Part shown: positions 11,001 to 19,844 of the stretch, piece after piece
Numbering within the stretch: the stretch's first letter is position 1
How the letters are laid out: each line of letters begins with the position of its first letter
Virus record (IMG/VR): IMGVR_UViG_3300034120_003123
Length of the DNA: 49,048 nt
Source of the DNA: an uncultured virus (IMG/VR IMGVR_UViG_3300034120_003123)
Taxonomy: Duplodnaviria; Heunggongvirae; Uroviricota; Caudoviricetes
Strand: one strand, 5' to 3'
The notes under the pieces: generated by a model
Databases searched by the model: none
What the model was told of the DNA's origin: nothing
Seen by the model: only the letters and a program-made list of their open reading frames with translations
Made by a program: the position numbers and the translations under genes

Positions 11001-13442
11001 AGTTTGAGAAGCATCAGCATATGGATCGATAGAATCAGCAGTGTTATTTATATAAAAAATATATTCCACTTGCTGTGAGTCAGAGCTATATTCTACCAAA
11101 TCTAATGTTGATAAATTATTTGTTCCATTTAAAATATAAAATGAAAAGAAATCTTTTATATAAGAAGTATTGTCAACAGTGGCAAACAAGTCTTTTAAAT
11201 ATGTTACTAAATTATCTATAGTAGTAAAATTATCTAAATTAACAGAATGCTGACGTAAATTCGTATCTCCGTTATTTAATATAGACAATATGCCATTGTT
11301 AACAGAAAAGCTAAATTCATTCAAAAATAAACTTTTGATTACAAAAGATGGGTATTCTAGTTCATTAGATCTTTTTATTGTAGAAACTCTTCCCACAGAA
11401 GCAAAACTATTAGATATGTAAAGTCCATCAGAAACAATCGAAATTCCAGAACCTCCAGAAGAGGAAACAACACTCCAATTATTATCATACAAATCACTAA
11501 GAGACTGAAACTCTACTGAAGAATCCCAACTTAAAAATGGATCTCCTTTAAATAAAGAAATACCTTTATTGCTAGAAACCGCAAAAGATTCATGAGCTGG
11601 AGAAATGTCTACATGATTTACAACAAATACAGACTCTGACAGACTTTCAACATCAAACTTTAAATTATTTTTAGAATAGTCATACTTATATATTTTAGAA
11701 TACTCATCGGATATATCTTTTGCTGCGACTAAAACACCATTCGGAGTAACCTCTATGTCATTGATAACTAAGTTTGGTAAATCTATAATTTCTGAAAAAC
11801 TTGTCAATGCAGATACCTCACCTGAATCTAAATGATAAGCATTATCAACACTCAATCTAATAGAAGAGATAGTGCACTTTAAATCTCCATTTCCACCACG
11901 TGGTATCAAATTAAAATACTTATCTTTAGAAATTTGCGTAGACTGATTGTACTTTGCAAGCAAAATACCGTCCACATACAAATTAATATCGTTACCCTTT
12001 ACTGATAAAATATACTCTCTAAAAATAGAGTTATCCACATCTGCCTTAACTTTAGTATTGGTGTCAATATTAATTCTTACAAAACTTTTATGAAAATCAA
12101 CAACATAAGACTGTGCACCATCTGCAATATTCAAAGACAAAACATCTAGTGGAGATTCTTCACCAGTGAGTATCTCACATTTTAATTTTATGAATATTGT
12201 GTAGCCATTTGAAGCAGAAATATTGTCATTCCAAGTATTTCCAAACGTTTTAAAATATACAGTTTCATATCGTCCGATATTGTTGTTTTTATCAACCGGA
12301 GCAACGGATACGTAATAATCCATGCCTTTTTCTAAGACATCAGGTGGAATGAAAAAACTATAAACATTAGAATCTACATGCGTGCTTAATAAGTTAGAAC
12401 TTCCTTCTGAATGGCCTAATTTAATATGATACTTATGAACTTTTTCTTTTATATTGTCGCTTACATTCCACAATACGTTAACAGCGTCATAAGAAACAAA
12501 ATTAGAATCAGATACTCCATTAATTACACAATTTTCTAACTGTAAATTGTAGTCTCCTATAGTTACTCGATCTGTTAAGACGCTGTTGCCTGAAAAACCG
12601 CTCCAATTAGAATCTATTCTTGCATGAACAATATCGTTAGGTCTTATATTAAGTCTAGCAAATTTAGAATCAGATGAGCCACTGACTTCAACATCATTTA
12701 CATACCACCTTACTACAGATTCGTCTCCAATATTCTCTAAAACATTATTTTTATATAAACTATATGACACTTCTAAAATGTCATCTGGATTTGGATTAGA
12801 TGGGATTATAGATATGTTACTTACATACACGTTTGGATTAGGGATCAATATTGAGTCTACGTCAAATAATAATCCAGACTCCAATTCATTGTACGGGATA
12901 ACTTGAGCATTCCACACGTCTCCATATTCAATATTTCTTGATGGCACAGAGTATGAGTCATCTAAATAAGATTGCATTTTCCCATTCTGAAACCATCGAG
13001 TTTTTATTAAAGTGTCAGCATTAGGCTTAATAACATTAAGGGTTATTCCAGATTCAATTCCATAATTATTTAAAAAGTAGGCATCTATAATATGAGGAAT
13101 ATCATTTACGTAAACTGTAAAAGTTTTCCAAAAAGACGTATTTCCAAATTGATCAAAAATTCTGATTTGCCCATATAGTTCAAGACTTCTTGGCAAATTA
13201 ACACCAGGGAAAAAAGAGTAGTCCTGCCTAGCCTTATTGCTTCCCACATGCTCATAAACGTTTCCCACAAACAAGTCTGTTCCTAACCCAAAACTATCTG
13301 AACCTATTTTTATATCAAAACCACTTTGCGAAAACTGTGATGGACCAAATTGCCAAGCAATAACAAACCCTTTAGGGAGAACCTTAAGTGGCTCATCTAT
13401 AAATTTCTTACCATTTATACTAATGTCAATATATTCAATCAT
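5016..13442 (-). CDS. Giant multidomain virion/tail-associated protein (2808 aa): FN3/Ig-like domains, two ConA-like domains, several beta-propellers, tandem C-terminal beta-sandwich modules
   Basis: Long ORF coupled to its neighbours. BNR-like blades (PSMILDENDGVHVLWSDSRTGVYEI; IADKDGNVHIVYQD), Reg_prop-like YGIEDGLPGSIVKSV, Ig-like DRTPPSG...DAVSGI...LIDNAGN, duplicated W-x-D-x(3)-AS-(N/S)GY-(T/S) segments. Located in a tail operon. Confidence 0.75.
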   Translation of the reverse strand: MIEYIDISINGKKFIDEPLKVLPKGFVIAWQFGPSQFSQSGFDIKIGSDSFGLGTDLFVGNVYEHVGSNKARQDYSFFPGVNLPRSLELYGQIRIFDQFGNTSFWKTFTVYVNDIPHIIDAYFLNNYGIESGITLNVIKPNADTLIKTRWFQNGKMQSYLDDSYSVPSRNIEYGDVWNAQVIPYNELESGLLFDVDSILIPNPNVYVSNISIIPSNPNPDDILEVSYSLYKNNVLENIGDESVVRWYVNDVEVSGSSDSKFARLNIRPNDIVHARIDSNWSGFSGNSVLTDRVTIGDYNLQLENCVINGVSDSNFVSYDAVNVLWNVSDNIKEKVHKYHIKLGHSEGSSNLLSTHVDSNVYSFFIPPDVLEKGMDYYVSVAPVDKNNNIGRYETVYFKTFGNTWNDNISASNGYTIFIKLKCEILTGEESPLDVLSLNIADGAQSYVVDFHKSFVRINIDTNTKVKADVDNSIFREYILSVKGNDINLYVDGILLAKYNQSTQISKDKYFNLIPRGGNGDLKCTISSIRLSVDNAYHLDSGEVSALTSFSEIIDLPNLVINDIEVTPNGVLVAAKDISDEYSKIYKYDYSKNNLKFDVESLSESVFVVNHVDISPAHESFAVSSNKGISLFKGDPFLSWDSSVEFQSLSDLYDNNWSVVSSSGGSGISIVSDGLYISNSFASVGRVSTIKRSNELEYPSFVIKSLFLNEFSFSVNNGILSILNNGDTNLRQHSVNLDNFTTIDNLVTYLKDLFATVDNTSYIKDFFSFYILNGTNNLSTLDLVEYSSDSQQVEYIFYINNTADSIDPYADASQTSFSGGRAFISHNSPGSPWFDSANSASGYSLEIECKVNPLEDSLRPVGFSDKNFLGIYINDGSYDQEISFSNSSIRIAKIGKNIPIDLSEMTKLRFNGIDGRVKLWKKSSADRDYVLLDSFALNPISNISRNITNHKIFNVNSKTYVMWIEDDGDYDSIRYVESLESGQFSAVYTVPVYMSSIKSFDFVVTASGYIYVSYETFAYDHSDIIVISKNDIGWSTQFNISNDRGSSIRPSMILDENDGVHVLWSDSRTGVYEIMHAYFDSFARNWVGVGDDARAISSSGYAAYNPAVSGRMNYLYATWTELDPNGNSHIKIAKYNIALHSWTNESGLEIGKLVSNPGISKADLSDIIADKDGNVHIVYQDIIENAYKIFYRQCSAELNFYDLPSSIVSINEISHSVEPSISLVDSSGDLILCWKKSNDYIAKDLATSSFDFTDPYSPNLLTQTETGKLADNGYYFARWSRVYRSWLSSGSSIVNDSGSTEGGYDSRLDIGRLGGSSSVALPKLISSNNFISTLLYDDFSDENTRAYIYELDVSLPSNILGFDNQDPYSFSLNPVSDALVRKSLLIGDASNYVSTGMTIKSVSYSVSGARNPLSYRKVGYLTHIMPSDPIIKSFVADDGDVWMIGKSGIYYYDYASDQVFNSWESSLWDNNNLASIIGNASYVIKDAFIDPFGNMFVFMHIDNSCKLLISADHFRWFEVSINDFTFDVNKNIKINFNGTGNMVVGKIGQTCLIKDYILEIRNQIPNSSFADSSGNENSQLPKLQLEFTSSTSSPSLSNIFDINDITIDNSNNISVSTNLGLFFGQIGNLTYYGIEDGLPGSIVKSVYAKDAYSRICTFERKVAYMNGASFDEIPLISNYPISTFNGVSSSNQTSQRFDSGKLINTEEYGKYLLISSQNGLIVILNSDPVLMRKLPKSVFFGSELLDIISSENARSIVNKELKFSLPSYVLNDPNINKFVVQVFINGNAINRGYEFSAKQQVINFLTSLLPNDKVTFNLRTDIVLENNFSQNGAEKAAFGVETRNVKSILFDNGQSYAVVHGNSDYIAVSDENISLPYDEVILDRTPPSGKVKFISQTGPDSIYLGIDPPSQNTPYDAVSGIASMVISNYDNFTSDGSTPIDPIPFRPTVGHNLISALSNNASIFESDTDNFSKLITFTRPNSVQKLYAFTSSPIRIYERETSGSFSDIPLAILENGNDDFAIGFVHKFGSSLIIGTRSISGINSGKVIKTTDMQTFTEIAVLPGSGATSAFMSTFDQNLYIGTDGSLSSDPNGSIVVYNGESVSSFKNRLDKAILSLSGFERFLFAGTYDSGYIYRIDIASGVVEIIHADSSDAILSLTTLGTAVFGGTAGRGVIIRAKDNDVGFIDSFKTVPSNINVLKTIQLSDNTSRIYAGVGSKLYSFKNAWTLEGTADSDINDFVIDENDRLIFCSNSQVKSVQPEGSQERRVFVKLIDNAGNETDIKSAPDTIAPPDGYNDDLTLVLTSEELAATYLQSKMLEVDGSGNVVYYINGDAPFYSSERIMKETGVYLSEVFNGTTGHVSWGKFAWEGFSPDGTDIRFYIRVSDSRSGILSQPFTFEIDKNSNNVDISFLNGQYLQIKVVMRSLVNTSPYVSKIVITNNAGSASHFFTNTFPLPANIKRGIITLEKDLPVGSDIIVGVSGRDATDFSQYQIIPENRIFSFDNSNQGQKLRVGFRFVSPQNVSDVPAGSDLGSLQGLGSILSNSIYFDFENTTGNSRLVDFKIDIFEDQNMQVLNSSFDSLSSPQLFRVNGNPFPGGGGVNIPSGFGYRFHFIPFGAELACDSNYFVKVSVIEGANVSQYGNLIPFRKVCGVNFVNDINFTYINQQDTVQNLHFEVAFYEDELRQNIVKSYSSLYPATNFKYLADFFDYPLGGLILEPNQSSVISLSFINQEISKFDSTKTYYVTISYFDLNQSATSRSVESMNYTFRVVYVNSDIACGSSSGVPVLKGFAFMFELEDGRLIKFNYLS

Positions 13443-13443
13443 T

Positions 13444-14514
13444 TTATTTTATTATAATTCCGTTTTTAATTAGAATTAAACCTTGTCCAGAAAGTATTTG
13501 TCCGTCACTTGAAGATTCTTGATTAGAACCAGACTCATCCTGTGACAAATAAACTACCGTTAAATCACTTAATGCATTTTCTGAAGTCAAACTATACTTT
13601 TTATTCCAATAGCCAGAGTCTCCCTTTAAAATGACCCCGTCTTGAGTGCCAGCTATAATATCTCCACTGGATATATCAACTGCTGAAACAGGGGGAGATA
13701 TAGAAGCGTCTTGAAAAAAGCTTATTTTTGCATCAAACACTCTTTCTGATATATTCCCAGAAATTTCATTAATATAAGTAGAAAATCCGTCTGCTATAAT
13801 TTTGGATATTTTGTAATTTTCATTAATTGCATCAGCGATAATAAATAAATCATCTAATACCCCTTTATTCTTTTCTAAACTTCTAATATCACCTTCTATA
13901 TTTTTGTTTATGTACAATTCTGGAAGAGATGGAAGCCCAAAAAATGGAGGCAACATGGCAGCGCTTGATGACAAAATGCTCTCTACACCATTGATGTATA
14001 ATTTCACTTCTCCTATTTCTGGATTGACTGAAAACATAAAATGGTTAAATAAGCCTGTCTCATATATCTCACTATCAAATTCGACCCTCTCTCCACCAGC
14101 AGTCATAAGAACCAGATACATTTTATTGTATTTAGAAAATACGCACTTTTCATATATTAAAAATAAGCCATCATTTAGAACATAAGACTGGTTAATTACA
14201 CTAGAGTTTCCTACAGACACTATTGGCATGGAGGGACTAATAGCAACATCCCCAAAGATCTTGTCAGACAAAGATATAGAATTCAACCAAAATCCTACAG
14301 AAAACTCCGACTTTATATTTTGATATCTTGTATAAGAAATTGGCAGCGAAAAGTACCCAGAATCTGACATTAAAACACCTTTGCCAAACACTGCAGGGAC
14401 TAAGTCCGTAACTCCTGATCCATTAAAATTTACAATTTCAAAACTTCCTGTTTCGATGACAGGAAATTGATCAAAACTAAAATGTATATATTTTTCTATA
14501 CTTAATGTACTCAT
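13444..14514 (-). CDS. LamG/concanavalin A-like jelly-roll domain protein (356 aa), probable tail-associated
   Basis: LamG-like pattern: VFGKGV...EFSVGFWLN...FNHFMFSV...VKLYINGVE...KGVLDDLFI. ATGA overlap with the upstream gene. Confidence 0.75.
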   Translation of the reverse strand: MSTLSIEKYIHFSFDQFPVIETGSFEIVNFNGSGVTDLVPAVFGKGVLMSDSGYFSLPISYTRYQNIKSEFSVGFWLNSISLSDKIFGDVAISPSMPIVSVGNSSVINQSYVLNDGLFLIYEKCVFSKYNKMYLVLMTAGGERVEFDSEIYETGLFNHFMFSVNPEIGEVKLYINGVESILSSSAAMLPPFFGLPSLPELYINKNIEGDIRSLEKNKGVLDDLFIIADAINENYKISKIIADGFSTYINEISGNISERVFDAKISFFQDASISPPVSAVDISSGDIIAGTQDGVILKGDSGYWNKKYSLTSENALSDLTVVYLSQDESGSNQESSSDGQILSGQGLILIKNGIIIK

Positions 14515-17500
14515 TTAATTGTAAACTTAAATTTTATTGGCAAGGTATTTGTAAACTTAATTCTTACATCTTTGGGAATTTCTCTTTTTATCCATAAATA
14601 TATTATATTATTATAAGAAATAGACCTAGTCAAATTATTATCAACTTGCGGTATTGATAAATCATCTAAATTGTTAATATCATAGAACTGAGTTAGTCTA
14701 TTTGATATTACAGGAGCTATTTTACCTTGAAAACTATTAGATGCAGGACCAGGTATAATTTCTATTTTTTCAAATTGGTTAGCTGGCATAGGTAGATCAT
14801 TATCGAGTTCAATATAACTTTGATTGATAGAAGAAATTTTGCGATAGTAAGAGTCTCCAGAAACCATAGAAAATCTCATGAGAGAATCTACGTATTGACT
14901 TATATTGCGATTTATAACATAATTTTGTAAATTTTCTGTTTCAATATTTATACTTCTAGTTCCAGAGCCAACCGAACTACTTAGAACAACATATTTGTGT
15001 GCTGGCAATTCAACAGCAAAGCTAAGCTTCACGAGACCAGGTTTAAAATTATTATCTAATAAAATTTTTGGATCAATAATAGATATATTTGGATATATAT
15101 TTCTAATACTTAAACATCTGTATTGATAAATATATTTTGAATTTACATCTAAATAAAAGTTATTATCAAATACTTCATTTTTTCCAACCCCAAATACGTT
15201 TGCTCCACTAGCGTGGAATCTCCTAGGAGTATTGCCAACGCCTCTTTCAAGTATTTCAGCTGTACTGTTATTCCAATTTCCAATCTTTATAATTTCTCCG
15301 TCCACAGAAACATGGTCAAAACTTGACAGCATATCAGACTGGGCATCATTAATCGACAAGAAGCCAGAAGAACCTCCAATTATACTGGTTAAGCTTGCGT
15401 GTGGGCAAACTGACTTAAAAGAACAATATCTACCAAAATTTTGCTTAACCTGAGATCCTATTAAAGAATGATCATTTAGAGTACCCTCTAAAGACATAAT
15501 AACAAAAGGATTGTCAAACCCAGTAAAATTAACAGATGGATTGGCCAATAAGCCTGTAGCAAAATCAACTTCTGTATAAACTTTTTGTGGATCAAAATAA
15601 AGTCCGTCACTCAAAGACAGATCAGAATTATTCAAAACTTCAGCATGAAAGCCAGGAATCGAATCTATTTCTGAAACTATATCTCCAATAAATTTGTTTT
15701 TAATAGAAATATCAAAAAGAATATTTGAAGAAGATCCATTATCATTAAGCAAAATTGCTTGTAAGAAATTTTCTCCGCCTCTTTGACCAACTAAGATTTT
15801 CCATGAAAAGTTGTTTAAATCTAGTCCGGTGATATTTTTGATTCCATTTTCATTAATTCTTACCGCCATAACTCCAGTATATGCGGATACGTCCACTGAA
15901 GAGCTTGAAGAACTGCTAGAGGAAATAGGAGAAACTGACCAGCTGCCAAGCAATGCACCCAAATCATTTGCGCCAACAACTCCATCTCCATCAAAGTCAA
16001 AGACTCTTAAACATTCAGGAGATGGATTTGGACCCCAGCATCCAAGCAATGCGCCAAGATCGACGGCATCAATAACTCCATTATCGTCCCAGTCGCCCTT
16101 CATGAAAGAAGAGCTAGAAGATCCAGGCACGACAGTCCACATTCCAAGCAATGCACCCAAATCATTTGCGCCAACAGCTCCATCTCCATCAAAGTCAAAA
16201 TATCTTCTGCATCTATCTGACGGGTTTGAACCCCAGCATCCAAGCAATGCGCCAAGATCGACGGCATCAATAACTCCATTATCGTCCCAGTCGCCCTTCA
16301 TGAAAGAAGAGCTAGAAGATGAAGATACGACAGTCCATATTCCAAGCAATGCACCCAAATCATTTGCGCCAACAGCTCCATCTCCATCAAAGTCAAAGAC
16401 TCTTAAACATTCAGAAGATGAGTTTGAACCCCAGCATCCAAGCAATGCGCCAAGATCGACGGCATCAATAACTCCATCCCCATTCCAGTCACCCTTCATG
16501 AAAGAAGAGCTAGAAGATGAAGAACTACTTGAACTCCCACCTCCATCATAATTAAGTGCATTCTCTATGCCTAAAGAAAAGTCTTGCCAATCGGCTACAG
16601 TCTGCTCTTTGTGTTTATGTATAAAGATAAAATTATCAAATAATTTTTCTTTAGAAATTTTTTGTAAAATATCATACCAAGAAGACACAAATGCTCGGAT
16701 ATCGAAAGAATATCCATCTTGAAAATCTATATCAAAAATATTGCTAATACCATTGGTAATAGTACCATTTTGAAAATTTCCCAAAGATAATGTGTTTGCT
16801 GCCAAAGAAACATGCGAGGTATTATTGTTTATGCCATGAGTAAATATAACTTTTGTTTTTTCCTTAAAAGAAGAAGAAGAATTGAGTGCGTATATAGTAT
16901 TTAATAAATATTGAGCATACCTAGTATGATTTTTTTGTAAAAGCATCTGTATATTTGATCTATGTATGTCTCCATATACTATATCGCTTTCTGGATCTCC
17001 AGTAGGTCCTGCACCATAAGAGAACGTACCTCTTCCATCAGGAGCGTTTTCATAAGAAGGCCTCCATCCAAAATTCATTTCAACTTGATTGTTATTACTA
17101 TAACTATTAAAATATTCTAGACTTTCAAACCTAACTTTACGATTATCAAAATTAGGTTCCCAATCAAATAAGGCATTATTAACTCCATCATCTATTGCGA
17201 TTGAAGTTGGGCAAACATGATTAATATGAAAACTAGAAGTTTTTGGTAAATTAAAATCATGCTTACCATTGTAATAATGCCACCTATTAACAAAATAATA
17301 AAATGGAGCCTGTACATTGCAATAAGAAAGATTGTTATTAATACCGCAAGCGAAACCTCTTTGAGCATACCTGCCATTTGTAAAAGCATTTTCTACATGA
17401 ATGCCCAAACTTTCATAAATGCGTCTACTAGCAACTTCGTCAATTAAAACTTGCAACCATTTTTCCATAGCAGCATTGTCTTGAACTGAATATGCATACG

Positions 17501-19841
17501 ATTTATCCTGCCTACTGTAATCTTTAACACTAATTTGACCAATAATATTGTTTGAATTCTCAGACATGCGATTTACACTAAATTCGCTAGACTGACATGC
17601 GTAATCGTAAGCGTCTTTTAATGTTAAATAATTTCTCCAAACAAAACCCTGTGATACATCCCTAAATCTTTCATCACTGAAATGATGATGCCATGAACCA
17701 AAATAGCTTCCAATTTCTAAACACTCAGAATCACTTGCTGATTCTACACCTATATAATTTATAAAATCATGTGGAGCTAACACGGATTGTTCATCAATGT
17801 ATACTATGCGAGGATTAGGAACTATACTGAGCCCCCCATATGCCCTCCTGTTATGCTGCCTATATTTAAATCTTTCAATAAATCTTTTTGTCCACACTGA
17901 ACACTCAAAAACACCATTTTTGGCATACAGATTTTTAAGTCTGTCAATCGGCTTTCTTTCTGCATCTAAGTCTTCATCAAAATAGCTAAAAATCTGATCT
18001 AATGAATTAGTAAAAAGTCTACACCAGCCTTGAGATAAGGTTTCATCTAAATTTTCCTGAGTACATTGATGGTCAAAAAGATCTCCCCAATTTTCTAGCT
18101 TAATGGCTACGTTATTAGGATTTTCAAAATCTATATTAGCCCTGTCCACTCCATTATATGAACTCTGATATTGCAATATCATATCAAAAGCTGCATCAGC
18201 ACATTTTTCTGGACCATAAGTTCCATAAGGACTAGAGTTATTTACTTTTAAAATATCGTCAGAATTTTGAATTGTCCAACTACTTACAACTTCATCCACC
18301 ATAGATGTGTCAATGCAATTTTCTGGACGATTAGAAAACCACCAGGATGGGACATATGTTCTAGATATGCTTTCATCAATATTTTTGTAATTTTTAGAGC
18401 AGTTTACTTTAATTACTGGCACTATACGCTCGTCAAATTTTACAGAAGATCTTAAATAAGAATTACTTACACTGGTTGCACCATTTGAATCTTTTGCTTC
18501 CCCTGCAGACTCACTAAAAAAGAAAAGAGATTTACCGAATAATCTTTCATTCGATTTCTTTTCTGCATATTCCACCGATGCTGATATTTTATTGAATTGA
18601 GAAACTATGTTGTCAAAACTTAGTGAATTTATATTAATAGAATACGGGATTTGAATTCCAGGAATAAACCCGCAATCATCCACCATCTCATCTAGTTCCT
18701 CCTGGGAATAAGATGAGATATCATTGAGACTGAATGAACTGTGTATTTCAGCTCCTTTATCAAACATTCTTAAACCACCGAAAAGACGTGTCATATTCTG
18801 ACTAGTAAATCCAAAAGGATTATCAAAATTAGATATTATTCTAAAATTAGAATACTCATTACTGTTTAAAAGTTCTCCATTTATATTAGGTATGTTAACG
18901 TGCATAAAATATGCACCATACAATTTCCAAACAGCATCATTAATGTTATTAAAGTTTAATATATTTTGCAATAGAGACAATTTACAATTACTTAAACCTA
19001 CTCCAGAAATACCATTAGCAAAAAATTCATTTAAATTATATTCAAGCCATATTCTATGAGCAGGTAAATTAATATTAAAATCCGATTCTATATTTATAAA
19101 ATCATCCTGTGGTAAACTTAAAACGTCAAGATTTACTTCACTATTTGAAAATATGACCTTAGACCCCATCTCTACATTCACTTCAACAAACTCGTGTTGA
19201 CTTCTTGTCCAATAAGATAAATGGCCAATAAAAGAATCATAAAAACTTGCATATATTTTGTCGTCTAAGCGAAGATTGCTTACGTCAAATGGCAAAGAAT
19301 CCTCAGAACAAGCGCCAGACTCTTCTAATAATGTAGTGAAATAATAAGATTGCAAATTATCAAATGTATTTCTAATATTACTGGATAAATTGTGAGTTTC
19401 TGTATTAAGATGACATCCAGAAGGGCATTGCAAAGAAAATCTTCTAAAACCAGCGTCATATAATCTGCTTAAATAATTATTAAAGAAATTCTTAAAGCCA
19501 TTAGGCCCATAGAAGGCAGGACCCAATCCCCTTGTTTTAACTATGTTGCACAAATCTTCAACATTAGGGACACATCTAGCAGGTCCGAAATTGGTAATTA
19601 CAATGCCCACATCTAGCCCATCAACTTCTCCATTACGGTCAAGATCTGCCGGATGACCAGGGTTATTTCCCCAATTCTCTTGCACTATAGCCAAGTCTAG
19701 GTCGTCCACGACGCCATCCCTATTCAAATCTGGACATGGAGTGTATGCAAGAGAGGGTACAGTTGCAAAGGACATAGGATCGCATATGATGCGAGCAATT
19801 GGACGACGGTCTACCCTAAATTGTGATTTTGGAATTTGCAT
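14511..19841 (-). CDS. Dockerin-like (EF-hand) repeat-bearing virion protein (1776 aa) with poly-Ser linkers and a C-terminal phage structural module
   Basis: N-terminal CPDLNRDGVVDDLDLAIVQENWG...ADLDRNGEVDGLDVGIVITNFG; three tandem GDW(N/D)xxGVIDAVDLGALLGCWG...DFDGDGxVGANDLGALLGxW units; Ser runs; C-terminal VDGEIIKI...LERGVGNTPRRFHASGA...YQYRCLSIRN...IYLWIKREIP resembles phage tail proteins. Confidence 0.8.
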   Translation of the reverse strand: MQIPKSQFRVDRRPIARIICDPMSFATVPSLAYTPCPDLNRDGVVDDLDLAIVQENWGNNPGHPADLDRNGEVDGLDVGIVITNFGPARCVPNVEDLCNIVKTRGLGPAFYGPNGFKNFFNNYLSRLYDAGFRRFSLQCPSGCHLNTETHNLSSNIRNTFDNLQSYYFTTLLEESGACSEDSLPFDVSNLRLDDKIYASFYDSFIGHLSYWTRSQHEFVEVNVEMGSKVIFSNSEVNLDVLSLPQDDFINIESDFNINLPAHRIWLEYNLNEFFANGISGVGLSNCKLSLLQNILNFNNINDAVWKLYGAYFMHVNIPNINGELLNSNEYSNFRIISNFDNPFGFTSQNMTRLFGGLRMFDKGAEIHSSFSLNDISSYSQEELDEMVDDCGFIPGIQIPYSININSLSFDNIVSQFNKISASVEYAEKKSNERLFGKSLFFFSESAGEAKDSNGATSVSNSYLRSSVKFDERIVPVIKVNCSKNYKNIDESISRTYVPSWWFSNRPENCIDTSMVDEVVSSWTIQNSDDILKVNNSSPYGTYGPEKCADAAFDMILQYQSSYNGVDRANIDFENPNNVAIKLENWGDLFDHQCTQENLDETLSQGWCRLFTNSLDQIFSYFDEDLDAERKPIDRLKNLYAKNGVFECSVWTKRFIERFKYRQHNRRAYGGLSIVPNPRIVYIDEQSVLAPHDFINYIGVESASDSECLEIGSYFGSWHHHFSDERFRDVSQGFVWRNYLTLKDAYDYACQSSEFSVNRMSENSNNIIGQISVKDYSRQDKSYAYSVQDNAAMEKWLQVLIDEVASRRIYESLGIHVENAFTNGRYAQRGFACGINNNLSYCNVQAPFYYFVNRWHYYNGKHDFNLPKTSSFHINHVCPTSIAIDDGVNNALFDWEPNFDNRKVRFESLEYFNSYSNNNQVEMNFGWRPSYENAPDGRGTFSYGAGPTGDPESDIVYGDIHRSNIQMLLQKNHTRYAQYLLNTIYALNSSSSFKEKTKVIFTHGINNNTSHVSLAANTLSLGNFQNGTITNGISNIFDIDFQDGYSFDIRAFVSSWYDILQKISKEKLFDNFIFIHKHKEQTVADWQDFSLGIENALNYDGGGSSSSSSSSSSSFMKGDWNGDGVIDAVDLGALLGCWGSNSSSECLRVFDFDGDGAVGANDLGALLGIWTVVSSSSSSSFMKGDWDDNGVIDAVDLGALLGCWGSNPSDRCRRYFDFDGDGAVGANDLGALLGMWTVVPGSSSSSFMKGDWDDNGVIDAVDLGALLGCWGPNPSPECLRVFDFDGDGVVGANDLGALLGSWSVSPISSSSSSSSSVDVSAYTGVMAVRINENGIKNITGLDLNNFSWKILVGQRGGENFLQAILLNDNGSSSNILFDISIKNKFIGDIVSEIDSIPGFHAEVLNNSDLSLSDGLYFDPQKVYTEVDFATGLLANPSVNFTGFDNPFVIMSLEGTLNDHSLIGSQVKQNFGRYCSFKSVCPHASLTSIIGGSSGFLSINDAQSDMLSSFDHVSVDGEIIKIGNWNNSTAEILERGVGNTPRRFHASGANVFGVGKNEVFDNNFYLDVNSKYIYQYRCLSIRNIYPNISIIDPKILLDNNFKPGLVKLSFAVELPAHKYVVLSSSVGSGTRSINIETENLQNYVINRNISQYVDSLMRFSMVSGDSYYRKISSINQSYIELDNDLPMPANQFEKIEIIPGPASNSFQGKIAPVISNRLTQFYDINNLDDLSIPQVDNNLTRSISYNNIIYLWIKREIPKDVRIKFTNTLPIKFKFTIK
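15946..16520. repeat. Three near-identical 198-bp tandem repeats (66-aa dockerin-like units)
   Basis: CCAAGCAATGCACCCAAATC starts at 15946, 16144 and 16342; CATGAAAGAAGAGCTAGAAGAT starts at 16101, 16299 and 16497. The period is exactly 198 bp. Confidence 0.97.
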
Positions 19842-19844
19842 AAA

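Noticed and set aside
15946..16520. Possible diversity-generating retroelement TR/VR pair or CRISPR array
   Set aside because: The repeats are contiguous, in-frame coding units with no spacers, and no reverse transcriptase or cas gene is present in the window.
16500..16545. Microsatellite/phase-variable tract at the poly-Ser linker
   Set aside because: Ser codons are mixed (TCT, TCA, AGT, AGC), so it is a protein-level linker rather than a simple DNA repeat.
15811..16551. 246-aa plus-strand ORF with three repeats
   Set aside because: Antisense shadow of the dockerin-like repeats and Ser linkers; TTG start, and the meaningful motif is on the minus strand.
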